Shown here: piece by piece, positions 12,480 through 24,659 of the stretch
Layout: each line of letters begins with the position of its first letter
Position numbering within the stretch: position 1 is the first letter of the stretch
Origin: Pristiophorus japonicus
Taxonomy: Eukaryota
Length of the DNA stretch: 64,000 nt
Direction: 5' to 3'
Assembly (NCBI RefSeq): GCF_044704955.1
Contig: NC_091984.1
Span: forward strand, 169,694,001-169,758,000
Position numbers and translations under genes: made by a program
The notes under the pieces: model-generated
The model's database searches: none
The model's input: only the letters and a program-made list of their open reading frames with translations
What the model was told of the DNA's origin: nothing

Positions 12480-13085
12480 CCAATGACAGACACTCAGCTA
12501 ACTGGCCTATAGTTTCCTGCTTTCTGTCTTCCTCCTTTCTTGAATAGGGACGTTACATTTGCGGTTTTCCAATTCACTGGGACCTTTCCAGAATCCAGGG
12601 AATTTTGGTAGATTACAATCAATGCACCCACTATTTCTGCAGCCACTTCTTTTAAGATCCTAGGATGCAAGCCATCAGGTCCAGGGGACTTGTCAGCCCT
12701 TAGTCCCATTAGTTTGCCTAACACTTTTTCTCTAGTGATAGTTTTAATTTCCTCCAGTGATAGTTTTAATTTCCTCCGTCCCTTTTCCCACTGATTTTCT
12801 ACTAGTATTGGGATGTTTTTAATGTCTTCTACCGTGAAGACAGATACAAAATATTTGTTCAAAATATTTGTTTCCCATTATTAATATTCCAGTCTCATCC
12901 TCTAACGGACCAACGTTTACTTTAGCTACTCGTTTCCCTTTTATATACCTGTAGAAGCTCTTACTGTCTCTTTTTATATTTCTTGCTTGTTTACTCTCAA
13001 TCTATTTTCTCCCTCGTTATTAATTTTTTCAAGTGGTTTCTAAAATTTTCCCAATCTTCTAGCCGATCACTAATCTTCGCAACAT
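12480..13085 (-). mobile_element. CR1 ORF2 internal fragment
   Basis: [15 protein letters not shown]...NYRPVS. Confidence 0.9.
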
Positions 13086-13849
13086 TCACATATGGCGACC
13101 AAACTGCAGAAACACTTGATTTGTTTTGATACAGTGTATTACACACAGACGAGAAATTCGGACAGAGAAAGACCAGCTGGTCTATCACATCCATATCAGT
13201 GTTACACGGTCAGAGTCAATGGGCACACACTGTGTGCTCAGTATAAAATTCCAGTTTGTGCCTTACCCTCTTGTATGCTAATGCTCGCTTGTTTTTCCCT
13301 ACATTATTTGCTGTTTTTCTAGCCAATTAGGCAGCGTAGCATTAGTTTTGGTGCTGTCATACCACCTAGAGAACAGGGTTTTTATTTTGTTTCCCTTGTG
13401 TTGGGTGCTGCGCCTGTGGCCAGCTGAACATAAGCAGCTACTTTACTTTGTTTTCAACCTTTATTCCAATAAGGTCAACCAAGTAGGATATATTTCTGGA
13501 GCTTGGCTGCCCAGTATTGATTGGTGTTGATGCGTTCCAGCACCTTAAACCCACAGGAAAACTGAAAACTCAAACAAAAAACCTGGACTGGCTGGTTTAC
13601 ATAACCAATACAGTAATGTCTGTCTAATCTAACCCACCCCTGCGGAAAGACTGAAGACTAATTCTGGGAAGAGGACCAACTTGAGGCAGAAAGATTCTTT
13701 GACTAGCAAATCCCCAAACTGGCCCAATGGTGCCAGACGTGGGGGTAGGAGACCACATGGGACACAGCTGATCCACAACAAGAAGAAAATAATTCCACGT
13801 GTGTGCGGTAGCATGTGGTTTCCCCAGCTCTTATACAACGGCAGTATCT

Positions 13850-14035
13850 GGTTGAATAAATTTAAGACAGAGATAGACAGTTTCTTAACCGATAAGGGGA
13901 ATAAGGGGTTATGGGGAGCAGGCAGGGAAGTGGAGTTGAGACCATGATCGGATCAGCCATGATCTTATTGAATGGCGGAGCAAGCTCGAGGGTCCGTATG
14001 GCCTACTCCTGCTCCTATTTCTTATGTTCTTATGA
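13850..14035 (+). mobile_element. CR1 3' tail
   Basis: FKTEIDSFL...GCCTACTCCTGCTCCTATTTCTTATGTTCTTATG. Confidence 0.85.
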
Positions 14036-14914
14036 CCTGCTAATATTAAACCTCAGGCACTTCCTGTGTGCTTTTCTGATGCCAATATGGAAGTATGAAT
14101 CACTCATATTATCCAACTGTTTTTGTGGTGAGAGACAGCAGGACACTCCTCCTGCTCAAAATGAAGTAGAGAAAATGGAAAGCCTGCCTCAAGTAAGGCT
14201 GCGACACAGCAGCGAGAAGGAAGATCAACTGACACTCATCCTGTAGAATTCTGAAAGGCTCAGTCTCAAGTAGCTATCCCAAACATCGATGAGAGTTCTT
14301 GTAGTGGAGGTTGACTGAATGAAGTTCATTCATTCTCTTACTGGTAACAGATTTTGAATAGATTCAGTGTCACCTGACTAGTCCCAGCGGTATCTTTCCC
14401 TGCAGTAGATTCCCAAGAGAGAAACGATGTTATAATGTATATGCCTACACACACAACATAGCATATTATAATTTGTCTGTATGAATATAGAAAAGCATAC
14501 TATTTCCCTCCAATCTAGCTTTAACTTCACTGTTGAATAAGCTTTATTAAGGAATTATTGCATCTGACTCAGTCCACGTTAAAAAGCTGGCCATCTTGCA
14601 TTAAGTAGCATCCTAGGACTGACTGCAGATATTGCATAAGGGAACAGATGGCCCCAGGGAGAGGTGGGCGGGCTTCAAAGGCTGCAACAAAGAGTTTCAG
14701 AGTGCGGTATGAAATAATTTGAGCTGTGCTCTCATTTTCGTAAAGGCAGGCACCACTGCACTTGACATACTTACACAAGCATGCCAACATGTTTAACACA
14801 GTTAAAGGTCTGCCTTACAACTGTCAGAGCCACCAATCAAATCACACCAGGCATCAGAATAGTGCCCCAAGCCAATCTTCCAGGGCACCAGCCAATCACC
14901 CTGGGCTCCAGCAA

Positions 14915-15240
14915 CACAGCTAACACTTCAGTGCAATACTAAGGGAGTGCCGCACATTCAAATGTGCCATCTTTCGAATGAGGCGTTAAGCCGTAAAAGT
15001 TCCTAAAGCACTATTTCGAAGAGGAGTAGGGGAGTTCTCCCCAGTGGCCTGCCGATAGTGATCACTCATCTAACATCACTAAAATAGATTATCTGTTGCT
15101 GTTTGTGGGAGCTTGCTGTGCGCAAATTGGCTGCCGCATTTCCAACATTAGAACCGTCACTACTCTTCAAACAGTACTTCATTGGCTGTAAAGCTCTTTG
15201 TGACGTCCCGATGGTGTGAAAGGCACTATATAAATGTAAG
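14915..15240 (+). mobile_element. SacSINE1/DeuSINE
   Basis: Deu core and tail TTGCTGTTTGTGGGAGCTTGCTGTGCGCAAATTGGCTGCC...GGCACTATATAAATGTAAG. Confidence 0.8.
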
Positions 15241-15339
15241 TTTTTTTTCCGCTTTAATCATGAACACCCCTAGCACTGTGAAAAAAGGGCGAACCATGGG
15301 AGCTGTGAAGCCAATCACATCAAGCACCAACACAGACCG

Positions 15340-15505
15340 TCCAATTACCCCCCCCCCCGCCGCCCCCCCAGGACAACAGGGACACCCAATTATCCACCGG
15401 GGCAACAAAAACCTCCTAATTACCTCCCCCACTCCCCCCCCCCCCCAGGGCAACAGAGACATCCAATTACCCCACGGGGCAACAGGGACATCCGATTACC
15501 CCACA
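15340..15505. repeat. minisatellite, ~28-bp unit CCAATTACCCCACGGGGCAACAGGGACAT
   Basis: About 4-5 imperfect copies with expanded poly-C tracts. Confidence 0.75.
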
Positions 15506-15619
15506 GCAATAGCCACCAATGCAGACACCGCAACAAAGTCCAGTGCTCCAAGCACCAGAGGGGAACCAAATCAATTGCTGCAGACACAGCAAAAGCCATT
15601 CATTTACAAATTACTTGCA

Positions 15620-15995
15620 TGAGTTCCCTGGATGGATCAATTGTAAAGCCAACATGTATTTGGGCCATAAAGACCAATAGGACCCAGATCTAATTGCTGA
15701 TCTATAATAAGATAGTTAGCAATTAGGTATTATAAGCAGCTTCAGCAGCCCTTGGCTAGCGAAGGGAGAAATACCTGCCAAGTTTCCTGCTCCTGATCAC
15801 TATTGAGTGATCTCTGCTGCAAAATGCACAAGCATGGCTTTCAGTTGAGGGCAGGGTCAGGTTCAGGCTCAGTTATGATGCCCATTACAGTTGAATAGCC
15901 TAGCAGTACTCATATGAAGAATGACCACGAGAGAGGTATCCGGGGCCATGTAGTCTCTGTGGAATTGTATCCCAGCAGAAGCAATGTCCTCACAG
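15620..15995 (+). mobile_element. ancient SINE-like repeat
   Basis: Degenerate head and TTCCTGCTCCTGATCACTATTGAGTGATCTCTGCTG core recalled as a shark interspersed repeat. Confidence 0.4.
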
Positions 15996-17673
15996 AGTGG
16001 AGAAAATGACCAAAACTAAAATTAAATTAAGCAAAAAAAACAGCAGTTTTTTTGTTGAGTCATCAACACTGGAATAATTGACAGCACACTTGTCACTCTG
16101 GCTTGATGGAAATGATATGAAAGGCTTGTTCACATCACTCTTCGGGCAAGTAATTAGTTCATTCGCAAATCACCATTTTCACAGCCTCCCCAACTTCTTC
16201 GGTAAAACCGCAGCACTTGGGCACAAGGCACAGAGGGTTTGTTGGGTCATCCTCATTGCACAAAATCATTCTCGCCTACAGTATGCACACAAATAATCAG
16301 CACATAACCCTTTGTCAGGTTAGGGTAGCCACTGATTAGTCACTATTCCTGGAAGATTTCACTTCATCTGTTCTCCATTGCTTTGTCGATCACAATATGT
16401 TAGCCCACAACGTGATACTGTTTCACCCTTGGGGTTTCCAAGTTTTGTTAAGCAAACAATCACTAAACATTTTGAACTGGGTACACCACATAATGAGAAG
16501 TATTCCACAGTCCAAAAGGCATTAGTCTAACATCAAGCTTTTTAAAATTGAAAACTGCTTAAACTTTCAAGGGCACACATCTTAGCAACTGAACCCGACA
16601 AAAAGCAGAGGCATTTTATATCAATAAGCAGACTTCAGGGTCAGTCCCTCTCCTGGAATGATTTAACATTCTATGGCAATATAACTCGCCAATAGGAATT
16701 GAGTGGGATGCTCAGTCTGAAAGCAGGGAGTTTTCTGGTGCTCCGAGGGTTAATCCCCACATGCTGCTTACTAATCTCCATTTCAACTGTAATCGTTCCA
16801 CTACTCGCCCCTCAGACAACCAGAACTAGAAATCAAAATAAAAGCTACCTTCCAAACCCACGGGCTAGCCTCGACGTTCTCTCTCTGCACACTCACCAAC
16901 ACAGGTACGTAATTTATAAACGCAACAAAATGACAAGGTATGCCTCTCTCTGGAGAAAGATCGTTCCTTCTTAAACTGCTCTCTGTATAGAAATATGAGA
17001 TCTAGATGGTCACAGGCAGTATTGAATACACCATTCACTGGAGCAGGCAAACCTCATCAGCCCCACAGAAAATAATGGATTAAGGACACCACATAACTCA
17101 TTATGGACTGCAGCAGAGCACAAATATATATCACTTTGAGTCAATTAAAGAGAAATCAGGCAGCTATTTTGGTGGCTATTTATTATACAAACAGTGGCAG
17201 GATCTCTCTCCCTAGCTTCATTCCGAGATGCCCTCGATTACTTTTGTAAACCTGGAAGTGTTAAACAGGTTATACCAAGCAGTTTTTAGGTTATAACTTT
17301 GTGACACCCCCTCCTTTTAATGCAATGATTCAGACACACCACAAGAAGCCATGAATATTTCACACACGTCTACTTCAGTTTATAAAACATCCCCCACACC
17401 ATTTCTATTAAAAATACCAAAGGAGGAAAACCGAGCTGTGTTTACTGCACGAGACTAAACAAAGTGAGAACAGCTGTAATACAAATACTTGCCAGAAAGG
17501 TTGCGCTGCTGGTTATATATTTTCACCCAGAAAAAATAAATTACAAAAATTCAGTTGAAGACATCATGCATGCGGAGACTCCCGGCATGTTTGTGGAGGG
17601 ATTCCCCTGTCCTAACCACAGGTGACAGACAGAAAGAGGACAGTGTTCACAGGCAACTTCTGGAGGTACTCAC

Positions 17674-17895
17674 CATTACAACAGTCGCTACAGCTTCATC
17701 CACTTCTGGCCGTATCTACTACCTAAAAGCCTCCTGTAAATCCCTGCCTGAAAACACCAGTCGCTGCCAACCATGTGGCCTGGAGAGCACAGCTCTGACA
17801 CAGGCACAAAAGCATCTGCAGGTCTGAGGGAGGCAGCATGCTGCTGTCAGACGTTTGTTCCTCTTTCAAGCCTTCCATCTCACGCCCACACAGTC
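17674..17895 (-). other. candidate first exon of a minus-strand host gene, ending in ATG at the splice donor
   Basis: ...GTTGTAATG|GTGAGTAC (ATG 17676-17674, consensus donor); in-frame TAG upstream; lies directly below promoter motifs. Confidence 0.5.
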
Positions 17896-17985
17896 CCCCC
17901 TGACCCCGGCCTCACTGCTTTTAAGGCAGCTTGAGACTCAAGGCAGCCAATCAAAGAGACTGAAAACCGCCCACCCATCCACCCA
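17896..17985 (-). promoter_or_regulatory. candidate Pol II promoter
   Basis: GC box GGGCGG (17967-17972), NF-Y site AGCCAATCA (CCAAT 17947-17951) and TATA-like TTAAAA (17919-17924) in plausible order and spacing. Confidence 0.5.
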
Positions 17986-18717
17986 CACAAACATACAGAC
18001 CCACCTGATCTGTACAGTACATACAGTAGGGGCTACAAGTAGCTACATATTCCACAAGAGAAAATAACAAATACTACTGCCAACGGGTTGTTTTCTGAAG
18101 TAAAAATGTGCAGTGTTTACACAGCTGAGGAGTCTATCTAGCAGCGTCCCCTTCTCTTGCTATCACTCGATCTGTGGTAACCCTGCATCTATACATTTCC
18201 TGTACTTTCATCGCTGTTCTTTTTGCAACAATGTCAGTTTCATTCTTTCAATTAACCCCTTGCATCCTGGAATCCCTATTGTTTCTTTCAGCACGCACCG
18301 ATGTTGGAATATAAAGCTGCAATGCTGACTAACCACACAAGCGAAAACTGGGCAGAAAATGCTGAATTACAGGACTTATGCTCTGCTCTCCTGAAAAGCT
18401 CGGAATCAAAGGTCGTTGTATTTTCAGAACTAGCAGTGCATTCACAGAACATAAAGACATGTTGGCTTCCTTCCCCCCACTCCCCACCTCTCCCCTCCCA
18501 GTATTACTTCCAGTGCTGGATTCTTTCAGCACCTTATTCATTCAGGATGCTGGGTGCTGCACTCGAAAGAGATACTGCACTTGTACATTTATCTTTTTAT
18601 AAAAACACATTTTTAAAGCATGGCCCACACCGCATTTTATTCCTTCCCCAAAACCAACAAACGTCTCCCTAAACTTGCATAATTGTATAAAATGCTTGGA
18701 AGCTTTCAAATTGTGTG

Positions 18718-20605
18718 TTAGAAACATAGAAACATAGAAACATAGAAAATAGGTGCAGGAGTAGGCCATTCGGCCCTTCTAGCCTGCACCGCCATTCAAT
18801 GAGTTCATGGCTGAACATGCAACTTCAGTACCCCATTCCTGCTTTCTCACCATACCCCTTGATTCCCCTAGTAGTAAGGACTTCATCTAACTCCTTTTTG
18901 AATATATTTAGTGAATTGGCCTCAACAACTTTCTGTGGTAGAGAATTCCACAGGTTCACCACTCTCTGGGTGAAGAAATTTCTCCTCATCTCGGTCCTAA
19001 ATGGCTTCCCCCTTATCCTTAGACTGTGTCCCCTGGTTCTGGACTTCCCCAACATTGGGAACATTCTTCCTGCATCTAACCTGTCTAACCCCGTCAGAAT
19101 TTTAAACGTTTCTATGAGGTCCCCTCTCATTCTTCTGAACTCCAGTGAATACAAGCCCAGTTGATCCAGTCTTTCTTGATAGGTCAGTCCCGCCATCCCG
19201 GGAATCAGTCTGGTGAACCTTCGCTGCACTCCCTCAATAGCAAGAATGTCCTTCCTCAGGTTAGGAGACCAAAACTGTACACAATACTCCAGGTGTGGCC
19301 TCACCAAGGCCCTGTACAATTGTAGCAACACCTCCCTGCCCTTGTACTCAAATCCCCTCGCTATGAAGGCCAACATGCCATTTGCTTTCTTAACCGCCTG
19401 CTGTACCTGCATGCCAACCTTCAATGACTGATGTACCATGACACCCAGGTCTCTTTGCACCTCCCCTTTTCCTAATCTGTCACCATTCAGATAATAGTCT
19501 GTCTCTCTGTTTTTACCACCAAAGTGGATAACCTCACATTTATCCACATTATACTTCATCTGCCATGCATTTGCCCACTCACCTAACCTATCCAAGTCGC
19601 TCTGCATCCTCATAGAATCCTCCTTGCAGCTCACACTGCCACCCAACTTAGTGTCATCGGCAAATTTGGAGATACTACATTTAATCCCCTCGTCTAAATC
19701 ATTAATGTACAGTGTAAACAGCTGGGGCCCCAGCACAGAACCTTGCGGTACCCCACTAGTCACTGCCTGCCATTCTGAAAAGTCCCCATTTACTCCTACT
19801 CTTTGCTTCCTGTCTGACAACCAGTTCTCAATCCATGTCAGCACACTACCCCCAATCCCATGTGCTTTAACTTTGCACATTAATCTCTTGTGTGGGACCT
19901 TGTCGAAAGCCTTCTGAAAGTCCAAATATACCACATCAACTGGTTCTTCCTTGTCCACTCTACTGGAAACATCCTCAAAAAATTCCAGAAGATTTGTCAA
20001 GCATGATTTCCCTTTCACAAATCCATGCTGACTTGGACCCATCATATTACCTCTTTCCAAATGCACTGCGATGACATCCTTAATAATTGATTCCATCATT
20101 TTACCCACTACCGATGTCAGGCTGACCGGTCTCTAATTCCCTGTTTTCTCTCTCCCTCCTTTTTTAAAAAGTGGGGTTACATTGGCTACCCTCCACTCCA
20201 TAGGAACTGATCCAGAGTCAATGGAATGTTGGAAAATGACTGTCAATGCATCCACTATTTCCAAGGCCACCTCCTTAAGTACTCTGGGATGCAGTCCATC
20301 AGGCCCTGGGGATTTATCGGCCTTCAATCCCATCAATTTCCCCAACACAATTTCCCGACTAATAAGGATTTCCCTCAGTTCCTCCTCCTTACTAGACCCT
20401 CCGACCCCTTTTATATCCGGAAGGTTGTTTGTGTCCTCCTCAGTGAATACCGAACCAAAGTACTTGTTCAATTGGTCCGCCATTTCTTTGTTCCCCGTTA
20501 TGACTTCCCCTGATTCTGACTGCAGGGGACCTATGTTTGTCTTTACTAACCTTTTTCTCTTTACATATCTATAGAAACTTTTGCAATCCGTCTTAATGTT
20601 CCCTC
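18718..20605 (-). mobile_element. young 5'-truncated CR1
   Basis: (TTCTATGT)3 tail; uninterrupted 427-aa RT/C-terminal ORF; one upstream frameshift at ~20133. Confidence 0.95.
18825..20108 (-). CDS. CR1 ORF2 reverse transcriptase, C-terminal part (open frame within a truncated element)
   Basis: [34 protein letters not shown] motifs. Confidence 0.8.
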   Translation of the reverse strand: MGKMMESIIKDVIAVHLERGNMMGPSQHGFVKGKSCLTNLLEFFEDVSSRVDKEEPVDVVYLDFQKAFDKVPHKRLMCKVKAHGIGGSVLTWIENWLSDRKQRVGVNGDFSEWQAVTSGVPQGSVLGPQLFTLYINDLDEGIKCSISKFADDTKLGGSVSCKEDSMRMQSDLDRLGEWANAWQMKYNVDKCEVIHFGGKNRETDYYLNGDRLGKGEVQRDLGVMVHQSLKVGMQVQQAVKKANGMLAFIARGFEYKGREVLLQLYRALVRPHLEYCVQFWSPNLRKDILAIEGVQRRFTRLIPGMAGLTYQERLDQLGLYSLEFRRMRGDLIETFKILTGLDRLDAGRMFPMLGKSRTRGHSLRIRGKPFRTEMRRNFFTQRVVNLWNSLPQKVVEANSLNIFKKELDEVLTTRGIKGYGEKAGMGY

Positions 20606-20717
20606 ACGGTGAAGCCGAACAAGACGTTGGCCGACTCACTTGCTCATTATTTGACAGAGTTGAACCTCCAGACGCAAACCCGGATATTGCCATCATCCAA
20701 TGGGGGAAAACGGTATT

Positions 20718-21173
20718 GGGGTAGAATTTCTGCAGTGCCGCTTCCAATCTCTCTCTATAGTGGAAACTCTGCAGAAATGTTGGGAAAGACTATTTCTCTG
20801 GAGGTTCCAGTGAAGTCGCAGTGGGAGATCGCGGAAATAGGCCTGAAAGTAGGGCTGGAAGAGCCTGCACAGGCAGGTTGGGACATTTGTAAATGACAAA
20901 GCTTTTTTTGAGTTTGATGCTTTGGGCGGCGGGGAGCCAATGGGGAGCAACAAGGACGCCGATGGTTGTTGAGCAGCACTCGGCAGAGAGCAGGGTGTGG
21001 CTGGTGGGGTTTTCAGTCAAGTTAGATTTGGAAAGGGTGAAGTTCAGAAGGCAGGCTAGAGAATTCAAGTCTGGAAGTAATGGAAGTGTGGATAAGGGTT
21101 CCAGCAGCACAGGGAGGGACATAGGCAACATTACCGAGAAGAAAGTGAGCAGTTTTAATGATCAGATTTCCCC
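20718..21173. mobile_element. possible degenerate Harbinger-type MITE
   Basis: Left GGGGTAGAATTTC resembles other Harbinger termini in the window; right end GATTTCCCC is weak. Confidence 0.3.
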
Positions 21174-21244
21174 AATGCCCTCCTCACTGTCCTCTGACAC
21201 AAACTCCAACTCTTTCAGACTCCATCCATTCCTGTGCTCTCCCA

Positions 21245-22070
21245 GCAACAACTTGCATTTATATAGCACCTTTATATGTTCCAAGGGGCTTCACAGGAGT
21301 GTTGTGCGATAAAAATTTGACACCGAGCCACATAAGTAGAAATTAGCGCAGGTGTCCAAAAGCTTGGACAAAGAGGTAGGTTTTAAGAAGCGTCTTAAAG
21401 GAGGAAAGAGAGAGGTAGGGAGGCGGAGAGGTTTAGGGAGGGAGTTCCAGAGCTTGGGGCCTAGGCAACAGAAGGCATGGCCACCAATGGTTGAGTGATT
21501 ATAATCAGATATGCTCAGGAAGGCAGAATTATAGGAGCTCAGACATCTCAGGGGGTTGGGGGCGGTTGTGGGGCTGGAGGAGATTACAGAGATAGGAAGG
21601 GTCGAGGCCATGGAGGGATTTAAAAATAAGGATGAGAATTTTGAAATCGAGGTGTTGCTTAACTGGAAGCCAATGTAGGTCAGCGAGCATAGGGGTGATG
21701 GGGGAGCGGGACTTGGTGCGAGTTAGGACGCAGGCAGACGAGTTTTGGATCACCTCCAGTTTAGGTAGGGTAGAATGCGGGAGACCAGCCAGGACTGTGC
21801 TGGAATAGTCAAGTCTTGAGGTAACAAAGGCATGGATGAGGGCTTCAGCAGCGGATGAGCTGAGGCAGGGGTGGAGACAGGGCGATGTTACGGAGGTGGA
21901 AATAGGTGGGTCTTAGTAATGCTGCGGATATGTGGTCGAAAGCTCATTTCAGGGTCAAATATGACACCGAGGTAACGATGCGGGGGCGGGAAGAGAAACC
22001 ATTGCTGGTGATTCTCTGGCTACGATGAGAGAGATAAGAATGGAACTCGGCGAGTGCAGTCCCACCCACC
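21245..22070 (-). mobile_element. L2-clade LINE 3' fragment with internal deletion
   Basis: IQNSSACVLTRTKSRSPITPMLADLHWLPVKQHLDFKIL; tail CAAGTTGTTG; jump at ~21972 to an upstream RT segment. Confidence 0.9.
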
Positions 22071-22849
22071 CAGCAACCCCATCCTTGCTGCTCGATGGGA
22101 TATCGGGCATGAAGCTCAGTCCAGGGCCCAACAGAATACTGAGGATGCGCATCCTCTGTGTCAGATGAAGCACCATTCTTCCTCATTTATTAAACATTCA
22201 CACACAAAAGTACTACAAGAAACCTGATGCAATCCTTTTCACCTTAAAGACGCTAATTAAGACAAAGAGCTAGTAGAAGCGTACATGCTTCCCAAGAGCC
22301 ACCTCCTGTGTTTTGCCCCGAGTGATGCTTCCTTTCAATGGAAGAAAGCAGACAGTGGATGAAGCTTCAGCTGCAGGATTCCCAGACACAGGTGAAACTT
22401 AGCAACAAACTGAGGCCAACCAATAAAGGCCGGGTTTCAAGAACTGCTTTGTCTAGATGCCGAACAAGAGATACCGGAGTTATTTCTATTGCCTGCTATT
22501 CATACGCTGTCCTGAGATAAAGGAACCTCAGTTCATCAACACGGAGCTTAAAAGGATTCGGACAGCAGCTTGCTCAGAACCAGCTTCAAGTCGCATCAAC
22601 GGTCAACCTGACAAACAGAAGGCTGCAGTTTTCAGGTGCCTTCCATAAAACCAGGACACCACTGGGAGTTTCACACTGCCGTCCTACCAAAGGTGTGCTG
22701 CAGTATATTAGCAACAAGGACCCGCAGCAAACTCAGACAGTGGCAGCGATCCAGCAGCGTCTGAAGACAGGGTAAAACTGCACACACATCACACCCACAT
22801 GTACTGAAGTGGCAATCGTAACACCAGTAGACAAACTACTAATTAGCCT

Positions 22850-23020
22850 CAAATAGAAACAGAGACTGCTGGAAATACTCAGCAGGCCAGGCAGCATCTG
22901 TGGAGACAGAAACAGACGAAAGGTCGCAGACCTGAAACATTAACTCTTTCTCTCTCCACAGATGCTGCCTGACCCGCTGAATATTTCCAGCATTTTCTGT
23001 TTATATTTCAGATGTCCAGC
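22850..23020. repeat. fold-back element (Penelope-associated) with hammerhead-like loop
   Basis: 46-nt inverted arms 22867-22912 / 22947-22992 with 4 mismatches. Confidence 0.8.
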
Positions 23021-24238
23021 ATAGGAACATAGCAACACATCGGGACAAGGAGTCCATTTAGTCCCTCGAGCCTATTCCACCATTCAATGAGATCACGTCT
23101 GATCTGCGGCCTAACTCCATCTACCCACCTTTGGGCCTTATCCCTTAATAACTCTGGTTAACAAAACACTATCAATCTCCGATTAAATTAAAAATTGACC
23201 CAACATCAATTGCCGTCTGCGGAAGAAAGTTCCAAAATTCTACCACCCTTTGCGTGTACAAGTGTTTCCTAACTTCACTCCTGAAAGGTCTGGCTCTAAT
23301 TTTTAGACTATGCCCCCTCGTCCTAGAATCCCCAACCAACGGGAATAGTTTCTCTCTATCTACCCTCTCAGTTCCTCTTAGTATCCTGAAAACTTCGATC
23401 TGATCATCCCTTAACCTTCTAAATTCTAGGGAATACAACCCTTGTTGTGTAATCTCCTCGTAATTTAACCCTTGGAGTCCAGGTATCATTCTGGTAAACC
23501 TACACTGCACTCTCTCCAAGGCCAACATATCCTCCTGAAGGTGCGGTGCCCAGAACTGCTCACAGTGCTCCAGGTGTGGTCTAAAGGTGTGGGCTTTGTA
23601 CAGCTGCAGCATAACCTCTGACCCCTTGTACTCTAGATATAAAGGCCAGTATTCCATTAGCCTGTTTGATTATTTTCTGTGCCTGTTCATGACATTTTAA
23701 TGATCGATATATCTGGACCCCCAGGTTTCTTTGGACATCCACTGTTTTTAGCCTTTCACCATTTAGAAATGCCCTGTTCTTTCTTTTTTAGGTTCAATGT
23801 GGATGACCTCACATTTGCCTATATTGAAATTCATTTGTCACAGTTCTGTCCATAATCTGTCGATATCCCTTAGTAATTTTATGCTTCCATCTACACTGCC
23901 TACAACTCCACTTAAATTTTGTGTCATTGGCAAGTCTTTCTATGCCATCATCTAAGTCGTTAATAAAGACGGTGAATAGTGGAGGCCCCAACACAGATCC
24001 CTGCGGGACACCACCAGTCACCTCCTGACAAATTGAGTACCTACCCATTATGCCTACTGCCTGTCTCCCGCCGTTCAGCCCATTTCCTAACCAGGTCAAT
24101 AATTTGCCCTCAAAACCCTGGGCTTCTACCTTAGATAACAGTCACTTATGTTGGACTTTATCAAATGTCTTCTGGAAGTCCATATAAATAACATCCATAG
24201 ACATTTCCCTGTCCACTATTTTATTCACCTCTTCAAAA
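23021..24238 (-). mobile_element. older CR1 fragment
   Basis: [23 protein letters not shown]; inserted in the fold-back element, which resumes GCATCCACAATATTTTG at ~24241. Confidence 0.9.
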
Positions 24239-24659
24239 CTGCATCCACAATATTTTGTCTTTTGTACTAATTAGCCTCGTAGGCTTTCCAGGTAGAAACG
24301 TGAAACGAAACAGCAAATGTCACAACTGACTGTTGCAACACTCGTTCCTCTGAACTAAACCTTTTAAGAAGCAGGTTGTCAATTAGACGCACTTGGGATA
24401 TTGTGCCAATTCTGCACGCGCGTCTGGAAGTCTCAGTGTCTCTCAGGAGATTTGAAAACCACGCCTGCCTCGGTCAGTAGGGAAAGGTAACAACAAGGAA
24501 ATGGATTCCTCCACTGAGTCTGTGAATGATGTATAACACAAAGGGAAATGAGGGAAACATAGCCAGAAAAGCTCTCTAAAAAGGCAAGCAGTGAATGAAA
24601 GAGTTAAAAAAGAAACAATGTTCAATTATACAGCAGCTTAGTATGTCTCTCGGGACACA

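Noticed and set aside
15340-15505. CRISPR-like repeat array
   Set aside because: Eukaryotic context, no unique spacers, no cas genes; it is a minisatellite
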